Below, piece by piece: positions 9,329 to 19,300 of a DNA stretch of 64,000 nucleotides. The number at the start of each line of letters is the position of its first letter. Position 1 is the stretch's first letter. Under the pieces are notes generated by a model that was given only the letters and a program-made list of their open reading frames with translations, ran no database searches and had not been told where the DNA came from. The DNA is from Candidatus Woesearchaeota archaeon. Lineage in GTDB: Archaea > Nanobdellota > Nanobdellia > Woesearchaeales > UBA12501. Where the stretch lies: contig JAUSFM010000003.1 of the NCBI GenBank assembly GCA_030651375.1, forward strand, positions 184,718-248,717, in the 5' to 3' direction. Both the position numbers and the translations under genes were made by a program.

Positions 9329-9691
9329 TTAATACTCCGTATATTTTTTGTTTAAACCTTTCACTGTCTCAACTGGATATTTTTGCTCATTTTTCTTCAT
9401 TTTGTGATCAAACTCAGTAGTAAGATCTATATCATATCGTTGTGCCAATCTGAGCAAAAAGTAGAATACATCAGCCATTTCTTCGGTTATTTCCTTTCGT
9501 TTGTTTAAATCATGAAACATACTTTCAACTTCTTTTTCGGATTTAAACCTAAAATGTTCCAGTAGTTCACTGGCTTCAGTTATGATTCCTATTGCTAAGT
9601 CCTTAGCATTATGATATTGATCCCAATCTCGTTCATCACAAAACGTTTTAACTTTTTCTTTTAATTCATTAATATTGGTTTTGTGGTCCAT
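9329..9691 (-). CDS. MazG-like nucleoside triphosphate pyrophosphohydrolase (small all-alpha NTP-PPase)
   Basis: 120 aa from MDHKTNINEL; EASELLEHF and EEMADVFYFLLRLA match MazG/YpjD-type motifs; stop TAA 1 nt before DUF2075 ATG (TAATATG). Confidence 0.65.
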   Translation of the reverse strand: MDHKTNINELKEKVKTFCDERDWDQYHNAKDLAIGIITEASELLEHFRFKSEKEVESMFHDLNKRKEITEEMADVFYFLLRLAQRYDIDLTTEFDHKMKKNEQKYPVETVKGLNKKYTEY

Positions 9692-9871
9692 AAGAGTAGT
9701 TAGATTAAAAGAGAGGTTTATAAAACTTGTCACGCTTCCAAAGCCTAGATTATCTGCTGATTTATAAAGACTAGATTGACAAAATGACAAGATATAAATA
9801 CCACCGAGAGTAGTATAATAAATTAAGAATGAATGTAGAAGAGGTGAAATACTAAATAAGATTCTTTTAGA

Positions 9872-10150
9872 GTGATAGATAAAAGTGATAGCGTGTCTCC
9901 TATGATGAAAACCGAATTTATGCAAGAAACAAAGAGATTTCAAGAGTTTGAAGATAAGGCTCTGAGCCAAGTTATGGAAGTTTCTAAAAGATTATTGGAA
10001 ACGTTTAGGTTTAGAAGGTTTTATGACTTATCTGTTTCTGAAGAGATTAATAAAAAGACACTTGAGGGAATAAGAGAATTCAGAAATAAGAATAAAATAT
10101 CACTCGATGATAGAGAGAGCTATCAAAGATATTTAAAATTAGTAGATTAG
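9872..10150 (+). CDS. Small hypothetical protein
   Basis: 92-aa ORF divergent from MazG-like gene. Confidence 0.3.
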   Translation: MIDKSDSVSPMMKTEFMQETKRFQEFEDKALSQVMEVSKRLLETFRFRRFYDLSVSEEINKKTLEGIREFRNKNKISLDDRESYQRYLKLVD

Positions 10151-10719
10151 AATTTTCTCTTCATCATCCATTGTTTAATTTCGGTTTCTTTTATTCTATC
10201 AGATTTAGCAAGTGGAATGATATTTAAACCTAACTCTTCACACGTCTTTAAAAATCCTGTGTCTCCTGAGTGAACGATGGTTATACCTTCAGCAAGAAAG
10301 CCTGCGATTATTATCACATCGTTCGGACCGATATGAAAACGCTGATTTTGTGTTTTTTCAACTACACGCTGATTATAAGTTTGCACATGTTGTTCTAGAA
10401 GATTATCAGATTCACGAGTGATTTTTTCAAGAAGAAAGGTGTTGCATAGGTTTTGCCAAGCTTCTTTTGCTTCTATTTTTGTAAAATGATACTGGTTAAT
10501 CAGGACACCAATGACCTCAGAAACTGAGATTTCATGATAATAAAATAAGTTTGGAGGAAAAGCAAAATGCCCTTTCTTAAACTGGTTAAAATCTCCTGCA
10601 AAAGCAACAATAATGTTTATAAGGGTACTTGAGTCTAAACCATTTTTTACAATACCCTTGATTGAAAGCTGGCCTGAAAGGACATAATAGGTACTTTCTG
10701 TTTTTTGATTTGTTGTCAT
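10147..10719 (-). CDS. Hypothetical protein (possible nuclease-like)
   Basis: Start MTTNQK; C-terminal DVIIIAGFLAEGITIVHSGDTGF acidic cluster; no firm family assignment. Confidence 0.35.
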   Translation of the reverse strand: MTTNQKTESTYYVLSGQLSIKGIVKNGLDSSTLINIIVAFAGDFNQFKKGHFAFPPNLFYYHEISVSEVIGVLINQYHFTKIEAKEAWQNLCNTFLLEKITRESDNLLEQHVQTYNQRVVEKTQNQRFHIGPNDVIIIAGFLAEGITIVHSGDTGFLKTCEELGLNIIPLAKSDRIKETEIKQWMMKRKF

Positions 10720-10941
10720 AAATTGCCCCTTTAGTATTAAATCAGAAGCAGCCAAGGGATTGCCCACTCCCCTGGACCACCCCTTTATGATACAAAAAAT
10801 GATTAAACTATTTAAAGATTGTGTTTAAAACTCACCTTTTCCATACTGTTCCACACACTTTTATCTTTCCTATTAATCACAATATTTATCCATCCCCCTG
10901 TCCACCACACTGCACACGTTCGCCGCAATCGCCCACACACC

Positions 10942-11151
10942 TCACTTCCCCCACCCTCTTACCTTTGTCCCACAGCCATACATCTTTCTTTCATGCCAGC
11001 AGTCGCAGCAGAGCCGTGCGATTGATTCGTTGACCGCATTACGCGCCTTTGCCCAGGTTAGACCGTGTTTTAACTGAATTCTCTGTTTGAGTAAGAATAA
11101 TTCATCATCAACGTCGGCGAGAATTTGTTGTTTTTGCGTTAGTTTAACCAT
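10942..11151 (-). CDS. Small hypothetical protein, possibly ribbon-helix-helix/antitoxin-like
   Basis: 69 aa; MVKLTQKQQILADVDDELFLLKQRIQLKHGLTWAKARNAV pattern. Confidence 0.25.
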   Translation of the reverse strand: MVKLTQKQQILADVDDELFLLKQRIQLKHGLTWAKARNAVNESIARLCCDCWHERKMYGCGTKVRGWGK

Positions 11152-11258
11152 GCTACCACCTCAAGCTTCGCTCATTGATTATGTGATGGTTATATATCTT
11201 ACGCATATCACGATATTATGCCGACAACGCCACAACAGTTATAAACCTCATAGGTTTT

Positions 11259-11795
11259 ATGATCGAAATGGGGCTTGACATCTTCGAAGATATTGTTGCA
11301 ACTTGGTTACAAACTAACGGATATTTTATGATGAACAATATTAGGTATGGTCATAACCAAGAGATTGATGTTTTAGCAACAAAATTGGGAAAGAATGGAA
11401 TTATTCACATTGAAGTTTCCTGTTCATCAAATCCTAGTGATATTGTGGGAACAAAGAATCACGAAAAAATTGGTTATGAACAAGCAGCAATAAATTTTGC
11501 AGAAAAGAAATTCTTTAATAAAGAAGTCAAGGGAAAAATTCTTGCTTTGTCTGGTCAGGAACCGAAAGAGAGATGGTTTATCCATGCAATAATGGACGAA
11601 CCGAAGCAGTTGGATATACTACGCGAAAAAGGTATTAAACCGATCAACATTAAAGATGTGATAAAAGATATTCAATCATCAGATCTGAGGGATTCTTCAG
11701 GAAATAAGAGGATAAAACAGCTTTTTGATATAATCAAAAAGATTAATGAGCAACAGAGCATCTCCACCCCATCACATCAACATCCACCTTTATGA
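11259..11795 (+). CDS. Hypothetical protein with restriction-endonuclease-like (Hjc-like) core
   Basis: NQEIDVLA...GIIHIEVS resembles PD-(D/E)xK core strand pattern. Confidence 0.35.
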   Translation: MIEMGLDIFEDIVATWLQTNGYFMMNNIRYGHNQEIDVLATKLGKNGIIHIEVSCSSNPSDIVGTKNHEKIGYEQAAINFAEKKFFNKEVKGKILALSGQEPKERWFIHAIMDEPKQLDILREKGIKPINIKDVIKDIQSSDLRDSSGNKRIKQLFDIIKKINEQQSISTPSHQHPPL

Positions 11796-11798
11796 ACA

Positions 11799-12404
11799 TC
11801 ACGCATAGTCCTTTTGATTGAGTATTTTATTCTTGAAATGGGTCAGCGCGCATTTTTTGGAGCAGAAATAAACTTGGCGACCCTTCCAAGTTCTTTCGTT
11901 ACACCTAAACATATAAAAGAGATATAGTTTTTGTGCGTCAGCTTTGCAATTTGCGCATGATATACTTTTTTTCTTTTTTAGGCATACGCCTTCAAAGCAA
12001 GATTGAAGCAATGCAGGAGTAAGTTTTTTCTTTTCTTTGGTGGTGAGGCGAACACCGAGAAACGTGCCGATGCGAGTATTGATATCGGGGTACTTTGAGG
12101 CGTTTAGTTTCTTGATTTGAGGAGAGGAAATCTTGCGAATACAATCGAAAGAGCAGACGCGTTCACCTGTACTGATAGCTGATGAATTGAGAAGATTTTG
12201 TTTATAAAAAGAGAATTCGAATTGTGCACCCTTTTTTCCACAGACAGTACAGGGGTTTGATACGCCATTCTTGGCGAAGGTGATGACTTTATCCCAGTTA
12301 ATATTCAGTTCGTCAAATTCTGTTAAGTTATTGATAGGAGAAGAATCAAAGGGATAAAAAGTAGTATACAAAAAATTTTCAATTTTGTTTTTTAATATAC
12401 TCAT
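11799..12404 (-). CDS. Cys-rich (zinc-finger-like) hypothetical protein
   Basis: Start MSILK; two CxxC...C clusters (CTVCGKKG, CANCKADA...CSKKC). Confidence 0.4.
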   Translation of the reverse strand: MSILKNKIENFLYTTFYPFDSSPINNLTEFDELNINWDKVITFAKNGVSNPCTVCGKKGAQFEFSFYKQNLLNSSAISTGERVCSFDCIRKISSPQIKKLNASKYPDINTRIGTFLGVRLTTKEKKKLTPALLQSCFEGVCLKKKKSISCANCKADAQKLYLFYMFRCNERTWKGRQVYFCSKKCALTHFKNKILNQKDYA

Positions 12405-12728
12405 GCTGCACACCCCCATAAAGTTCCGACAGGGGAAGAGTATAAAAAAGTTTCTTGTCACTGAAAAGGAGGTTGATTAACAGTGATTTAAATAAGGAGA
12501 TAATCCCGTCACAACCTTTAAATTACCCATCCTGTCTTGTCCAGTGGTTGGATGTGCCATCACGCAACCATTCCACACCTCCAGAAAAATATTCAGGGCA
12601 CATTAGGAGCATTGTGATTAGATGATGACCGGGTGTGCAGTGCCACATGCTATGAGGTGGCATGCAGAAAGAGGTATGGGTGAACTACCGCTGGCTGAAG
12701 CCCACGAGTTCAGGCGCTGCCTGCGCCC

Positions 12729-13250
12729 TTAAAGTAATTTCTCCATCTCGAGCATGAATTCTTTCGCTCTGTTCAGGGAAGTGGTTGCCTTGCCATGGAG
12801 TTCAGCTTCTTTCATTTCGTATTGGACATCGCTTCTCTTCTTCCTTTCAAAGTCAAAAGTCTCAATCAAAGCGTCTGTTTTTATGCCGGCGAGCGCCTCC
12901 TGTTGGGCTTTTTCATATTCTTCAAGCAGTGATTTTTTCAGTTTGTTTCTGACAAAGACAATGAGGGCATCGGCAGTTATTTTGTGGGATATCTTTTCCC
13001 CTATTTTGTATCCGAGTTTGTAGAGGACAGCATTGGCACTATAGTACATCGCATAGTAGGACGTAACAATAATCCACAAATCAGATTTCTTGTTTTGAAG
13101 CAGGAAACCAGCAATCTCAAGGCTATCCTTGGCATTTCGGCGCAAGATGGTATAAATAGGTTCCTGAAAGGATTGCTTTTTTAGGAGCCCGTCTTCAATG
13201 TATGCACGGACATTTTTTTCAGCTTCCTTAATTCTTGGTTCATCGAGCAT
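12729..13250 (-). CDS. HEPN-like domain protein, partner of upstream nucleotidyltransferase
   Basis: 173 aa all-alpha; 11-nt overlap with MNT gene; canonical Rx4-6H not clearly visible, call from context. Confidence 0.4.
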   Translation of the reverse strand: MLDEPRIKEAEKNVRAYIEDGLLKKQSFQEPIYTILRRNAKDSLEIAGFLLQNKKSDLWIIVTSYYAMYYSANAVLYKLGYKIGEKISHKITADALIVFVRNKLKKSLLEEYEKAQQEALAGIKTDALIETFDFERKKRSDVQYEMKEAELHGKATTSLNRAKEFMLEMEKLL

Positions 13251-13809
13251 TCGCGATCATCCGGTAATAGTCTTCTATTCCGAACAGAATAATGTTGTTT
13301 TTTATTGCTTCTGAAACAACGGTAAATTCTGTAGACTTGAGCATTGTCTGGAAATCAGCATACGTAATGGACGTGAGATGAATAGGTAAAGGAAGGAGAT
13401 TAGCTTGTTCTTCTATCTGTTCTGGCCGGTCGGTGATGAGAAGCAAGTCAATATCAGAATGGGTTGTTTGCTTTTTTTTCGCATGAGAGCCAAAGAGGAG
13501 TAAAATAAACTGTTGGTTTATTCCTCTGAAGCGGGAGTACAGTACGTTAAAGTTCTTATTGCGCGTTAATTCCTGCAGCCGGTGGTGTTCTACCGTAAAA
13601 ACAGAAGCATTGAAGTTTCGGTTAAAAGAACAGATGATGGTGTTTCCGTGCCGCACGGCGCTGATAACCCCTTCGCCCTGCAGTTTTTGCACGGCACCAT
13701 ACGCTGATTTGTAGTTTATTTTTCGTTTGAGAGCAATCTGCCGGATACTCAAATTGAGCTCTTGATGCTCTATAAGCAGGCGGAGGATGTTCAGTTTTTC
13801 ATTATCCAT
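13240..13809 (-). CDS. Nucleotidyltransferase (MNT) domain protein with N-terminal wHTH
   Basis: LLFGSHAKKKQTTHSDIDLLLI matches minimal nucleotidyltransferase GS-x9-DxD motif; N-terminal HTH-like region. Confidence 0.6.
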   Translation of the reverse strand: MDNEKLNILRLLIEHQELNLSIRQIALKRKINYKSAYGAVQKLQGEGVISAVRHGNTIICSFNRNFNASVFTVEHHRLQELTRNKNFNVLYSRFRGINQQFILLLFGSHAKKKQTTHSDIDLLLITDRPEQIEEQANLLPLPIHLTSITYADFQTMLKSTEFTVVSEAIKNNIILFGIEDYYRMIANAR

Positions 13810-13984
13810 TGTTAACCATACTAGTATGGTTTGTAACCATATATTTAAATGTTTCGGTACTGAAACAGTTAAAAGTGGTGAAATGCATGGCCAAAAAGGA
13901 GGAAATGAGTCGGCTACAGATTGTAGTCAACTGAAAACATATTTAGGAGTGGCAAATAATTCATCCCCGCCCAACTCGTTCTCT

Positions 13985-14398
13985 TCACGCTTCAGCCGCA
14001 CATTCAGTATACGAATCAGCAAGGCCGTAGCGGTCGCTGACGGCGGTTGTTATTTGCTGGGTGAAGTTTTCTGTATGGGGAAGCAAGGATATGAGCTTAT
14101 TCCTCGCTTTTCCAACGAATTTGAGCTGGATCGTGAGCGCATTCTTTTCAAGGCGCGCTTTGAAATCGCAATGGATGATATTTTTGAGGGTGTATTTGAC
14201 GACGCCGAAAATGCGTGAGGCATCAAATATCCGTACGCCGGTGACAAAGCCGAGGTCGTCAATATCCGCGACAAAGTTGTGGAATTCAACGGATTGCTTA
14301 TAGTTCCGATTTTTTATTTTGAAGGTGAGAATATCATGTGCATAATCGTATATAATCTCTCCTTCATCTTTCGCGTCAAGGTGTTTGTTGGTTTTCAT
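13985..14398 (-). CDS. DUF2283-family small protein
   Basis: IIYDYAHDILTFKI...DIDDLGFVTGVRIFDAS resembles DUF2283 N- and C-terminal signatures. Confidence 0.5.
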   Translation of the reverse strand: MKTNKHLDAKDEGEIIYDYAHDILTFKIKNRNYKQSVEFHNFVADIDDLGFVTGVRIFDASRIFGVVKYTLKNIIHCDFKARLEKNALTIQLKFVGKARNKLISLLPHTENFTQQITTAVSDRYGLADSYTECAAEA

Positions 14399-14730
14399 GG
14401 GAGTGTGAAATGAGGAATTTCAACGGTGTCCATAAAGGACACAATAACGATTTTGTTTTTTTCTTTTTCAAGGATGAGCTTTCGATAGCCATCATTTCGG
14501 CGGTAATACGCTGCGTAACGGCCATTTTCTTGGATATATACTTTTCTTGGATTTTCTCGGACTACCATAAAGGTAAGCTCTTCTTCTTTAAAAACTTTTC
14601 TTAGGGCCTCTGACAGATGGTCGAACGCATGAGGCGAAACGATAACAGGGTGATTATGTACGAGCAATTTAAAATCCTTGCTTTCAATCTCTTGTATCGG
14701 TCGTGTAGTATAAAATTTCACATATTTCAC
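14395..14730 (-). CDS. DUF4258-family protein (toxin-like partner of DUF2283)
   Basis: HAFDHLSEALRKV motif; ATGA overlap with downstream DUF2283 gene. Confidence 0.5.
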   Translation of the reverse strand: MKYVKFYTTRPIQEIESKDFKLLVHNHPVIVSPHAFDHLSEALRKVFKEEELTFMVVRENPRKVYIQENGRYAAYYRRNDGYRKLILEKEKNKIVIVSFMDTVEIPHFTLP

Positions 14731-14857
14731 ATTAGTGATTTAATCAAAACAGGTTTATATACCTCACGCGCATCTGTCCAGTGTCCAGTGGGTATGCGTT
14801 TGCGGCTTATAGCTTGCTGTTTGCTGTTTTAATGCAGAATTGGCCTGTCCAGTTGTT

Positions 14858-16315
14858 TTAGTCCTTTCCCACCATCTCCCGTATCTTCTCCACGATCCAT
14901 ATCATGCCTTCGGTATCGCGAGCGCAGTACGTTTCAAGATATTTGCGGGTTTTCCGTTTTTCCTCGTCGCTCATCCCCTTGAATGTCATGATGAAGAACG
15001 CGGCGCTCGCATCGTCGCCTTTGCCAATTTCGAAATCATCATATCCCTTGCCGATGAGTACCGGCATAACTGCCTTGATGGATGCACTTCCTTTCTGGTT
15101 GGGATGGTAGTAATGAAAGCCGCTAAATGGTGCGTAGAGGTCAACAATGCGGCTGATGACTGACCCAACCCATGTGGAATATTCAGGGAACGCCTCGGCG
15201 AGTTTGTTCAGCACTCCTTTTTCAAAGGATTGATTGTACACAACAATGCTTCCGGCGCTGCCCAGCGCTTGTTTCAGTTTTTTCAGAAGCAGTGGCCGCG
15301 GATCCTCTCGGCCATCAGCAAGGAATGAGTGATGGCTTGTTTTTCCGTTGGCCACGACGTGCACAGAAAACTGGAAGGGTATCGCCTGGTACGGCGACGT
15401 GCCATCGTACAACGGCACAGCAGTGCTGAATGTCTCAAAGTCAAAGTAATACAGTGGTTCTTTTAGTTGGGCAAGGAATGATTTTAATTGTTTCGTGTCT
15501 ATGTGGGGTTTATTCGATTGGATGCAGTCAATTTGAATCTTCTGCTTGGCGTTGAGCTTGGTGCCGGCCGGCACATCCATGAGCGATAGAATGTTGGCTT
15601 TGAAAAGCTCGTGCGACGCCTTGCCGCCTCGGTATAAATTAAACACGTTGTGTTCCGGCAGGAAATTCCAGCACTCTTCACACACGCAGTCGTGGCCATT
15701 TTCACAGCCGTTGCCGATGGTTGTTTCCGGCGGCGTTGGACTGTTGATGATTGCAAGAAGCGCCTCCACTTTGCCGGGCACACTCGGTAAACAAAGATCG
15801 ACCTGCGCGGTGATTTCTTCCTGCACAAGCAGTTCCGCAGGATTGATGGCACCGTGTTTCACATAGTCTTTGTTGACGTGCATCAGAAAGCATTTTCGTA
15901 TGGCAATGCCCGCTTGGGTGTAACAATATTTCTGAAAGGAAACATCCTCAATGTGCTCATCCTTTACCGAGCTGGAACTTTTCACTTCAACAATGTCCCA
16001 CTGGTTGTTTTCCACGGGAACAAGAATGTCAGCGCGCGCGTAGAGATTTCCCGCAACAAGACCGGCTTCAAACAGCGGCTTTCTCTGTTTCAGCGCTTCT
16101 GCGGTTTCCTTGATGTTGCGAGCGAATTCTTCAGAAAGCGAAATCCCGCTGGGAAACAATGTTTTAGCGAGATGCCCCACTTCATGCCCTTGGTCAAAAA
16201 TAAGCTGGGTGGCGGCGGTGTGCTTCGGAAGCCGCTCGGGCTGGTGAAACATCATCCACAGATGGCGCGGACAGGCAAGACCAGTTGCATATTTTGATTT
16301 GGTGAGGAAGCGCAT
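14858..16315 (-). CDS. DUF2779-like protein: N-terminal Cas4/RecB-like PD-(D/E)xK nuclease fused to C-terminal DEDD-type 3'-5' exonuclease
   Basis: ADILVPVENNQWDIVEVKSS (D...ExK); LYYFDFETFS (DxE exonuclease I motif); 485 aa. Confidence 0.6.
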   Translation of the reverse strand: MRFLTKSKYATGLACPRHLWMMFHQPERLPKHTAATQLIFDQGHEVGHLAKTLFPSGISLSEEFARNIKETAEALKQRKPLFEAGLVAGNLYARADILVPVENNQWDIVEVKSSSSVKDEHIEDVSFQKYCYTQAGIAIRKCFLMHVNKDYVKHGAINPAELLVQEEITAQVDLCLPSVPGKVEALLAIINSPTPPETTIGNGCENGHDCVCEECWNFLPEHNVFNLYRGGKASHELFKANILSLMDVPAGTKLNAKQKIQIDCIQSNKPHIDTKQLKSFLAQLKEPLYYFDFETFSTAVPLYDGTSPYQAIPFQFSVHVVANGKTSHHSFLADGREDPRPLLLKKLKQALGSAGSIVVYNQSFEKGVLNKLAEAFPEYSTWVGSVISRIVDLYAPFSGFHYYHPNQKGSASIKAVMPVLIGKGYDDFEIGKGDDASAAFFIMTFKGMSDEEKRKTRKYLETYCARDTEGMIWIVEKIREMVGKD

Positions 16316-16358
16316 AGAATATACAGAAGGCAGGGATTATTTAAGGGTTTCCCATATT

Positions 16359-19300
16359 CTACGTCGTGCCTGCGCTGCTCGTCACTTCCCCATAGATCTC
16401 ATCCACGCGTTGGGCAACCAAGTTTCCTAATTCAGTGTAGATGCCGCGGGTAAACGCGTTGTCACATTCAGGAACGTGGTTGCATTGGGCGGCGTATGCT
16501 GAAACTTTTGCAGCAACCTCTGGTTTATGGGCTTGGACGCAGTCAACGGTGATGCCGTTGAGGCAGATAAGTTCCATATCGTTTGCAAATCGCTGGGCAA
16601 GTTGAGTACCATCAGCGGCAGTCGGGAGCGTCGTAACCGCCGGTGGCGCAAGTTTTTTCTCAAGCCGGAGATCGAGGAGCACATCAGAAATCGTGCCGAG
16701 AAGCGTGTCAACTTGAGCGTCATACGCGTCAGTGCACGAAGTGATAGCGGTACAGAGCCCGCGGTATTGGTCGTCTTGCGCAAGGACAAAGTCTTTATTG
16801 GTGTTGAGGCAGTCTTCGGTTATGCCGCCCGGACAAATTCTGCTGACACGCTCGACAAAGCTGCCGGCGTATTGCGCGCCGGCTTCTTCTGGTGATGCGA
16901 CAGCAGCGACAGTTGGTGAGGCAGCAGCATACTGTTCAACCGCCTGCAGCACTGTTGCCTTGAATGTGCACCAGTCAAACAGTGGCCCGGGATCTTCATG
17001 GCCACCATACACGCCGTTGGGTTGGCCAGCGGTAAATCCTTCGCAGGAATAGCCAGAGGTGCCGTCGACATACTGCGGCCTGCCGATGGTGCTGTGGAAA
17101 TAGATGTGGTCAATGCTGATGCCGTAGCGTACCATGATTTCGGCAACGGTTTTTGCCAGTGTTTTCATTTGCGCATCGGGGAATGGTTCCCAGTATCTGG
17201 TCCCGCCAGGATAGCTCCACGCTTTTCCGTGCACCATGTTGAGCTGGTTGCGCACATCAATACATCCAGAACAGGGACTGTTGCCGGCATAATTCGCGAG
17301 GTCGATGCCGATGGCTTGACTGTTAATTCCGGGCTTTGCGCAGGCAGGATTATTGGCGCTGCAGCCTGCATGATACGTGATAATATCTTCTTGTTCGATT
17401 TGGATCATCGATCCATCGCGGTCAATGATGAAGTGCGTACCTACTTTTTCTCCATCGCTGTTAACTCCTTTGAAAAAGATATTTTTGTACGTGTCATACG
17501 CTGACGAACTGCCTGCAGTGATGTGAATAACGATGCTGCTGATTTTGCTACTTGAACGTATGGGCCGATCTACCGTGTCAGCGCGCGCATGGAACGCACA
17601 ATCATCGTCAGGTCCGCAGGCAGTTGCCGGATTTAAGTCGACAGAACCATAGCTTCCGAGTGTCACGATCTGCGGCGTGAATGGCCCTGAAATAACCGGC
17701 CCAATAGTTCCGGGGGTTGGTGTTGATGCGCCGGTGCCTGGAGCAGATGGCCCCGGAGAAACTGGTGGAACACTTGCCGGCCGCTGCGCACAGAGCGTCG
17801 CTGCCTGCGCTGGATTTTTCACAAAGGAGTCTTTGTCAGACACACAGGCATACTGCGCGCTATTCGGCGCAGGGCAGGGCACGCAGAAATTTCCAAATCC
17901 GCATTCCATATCGGTTGCACCGCCGAGCTTGCCGTTGCAGTCGCAAATATTTTGGTTGTTTGACGGGTCAACATACAATCCGTTGTTTTTGTCGGTGGTG
18001 GTGCACGCCTCGTAGCCGATGCACGAACCGGATGCAGAGCAGTAGTTGAGCCCTTGCGCAATGCCGCAGCGGCTTGAGGTAGAGGTACCCACACAATTAC
18101 ATTCTTGGTTCACGAATGCGTTGGATGTGCATGCAGGCAATTCGCCGGTGGCAGTCACTTTACTGCATGCAACTGGAATGTCAATCGCGTCTGCGCCGGT
18201 GAATTCGAGCGCCTTGCCGCCGAACCGCGCGACCGCGTCGCCGGGAATGCAGGTGTCCGGTCCGGGAATGTCGTTTTCAAATCGGGTCTTGCACGGGCGA
18301 AGCTCAAGAGATAATTTCCAGTGCACGGGATTTTGTGCTGTGATGTCGTCGCACTGGGTTGCCGCTGCGCGCTGTTGTGCGAGGAAGGCGATGCCGTCAG
18401 CGTAGAGTTTTCCTGGAAGAACCGAACCGTACTCTGGCTGGATGCGAAGCCCATGGTACGAAATAGTGCCGAGCGCGCTGTCGAAGCGGTAGATATTATT
18501 TTTCAGCAGGGCGGTTGTCGACGGTGAAAGTCCGGACGCGGAAAGTTCTGCGTCAGTGCAGGGGATAGCACCCGGCACAATTTCAAACTGGTAATTTCTG
18601 CTTCCTTCAAGGAGTTTTGCAAGGTCATCGCTCAACGATGCGTGCTGCACACTGTAGCAGAACGCGTCTCTGCCTGCGGCATCTTTGGTCCGGAACATCA
18701 ACAGGCCAACCGCGAGATTTTCGCGTGAAGGGTAACTAACATCAATCGACGGAAGACTGCGCAGGGGAAGTTTATTTCCGCCAGCTTCTGCAAAGTCTGG
18801 ATTGGTGTACGCAACAGTGCGCGCGTATCCTGCGGCGCCGCCGTACATACCGCGAGTGATCATATCTTCAGTCAAGACGACGCTGGGAATGGTGAACCGG
18901 GAAACGCCATCTTCAACAATCGCGCGCACCGCCATGGAGCGCGCGGCAGATGACGCAGCAGACGAACTGGTGGGTGCTGAAATCGTGCTGCCTGCGTACC
19001 GTTCGAGTGGAATGACATTACCGTTCTGGTCGCGCAGTTGGTACATCAGGAAGTACGGCACCTGCTGGCCGGCAAGTGAAAGTGCCTGTGCAACGTCGGG
19101 ACGGATAGTGCCTGCACGGTTGTTCGGGCTGTATTTTTCAAGCTCGACATCGACGTCAATCGGCTCGTTAACCATGAACACCGATTTGACCGGACGGGGC
19201 CGTTTCAGGAACGCTGCGCGCCCGAGTTGGCCGGCTGCGATTTCGCATTGGTATCCAGAAAGTTTGAACTGGCAGGAAAGCGGCGGCTCATCGCCAATCT

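Noticed and set aside
13787-14303. ORFs 13787..14218 (+), 14050..14289 (-), 14061..14303 (+) as independent genes
   Set aside because: They overlap the DUF2283 gene (13985..14398, minus), which has recognisable family signatures, so they are treated as spurious.
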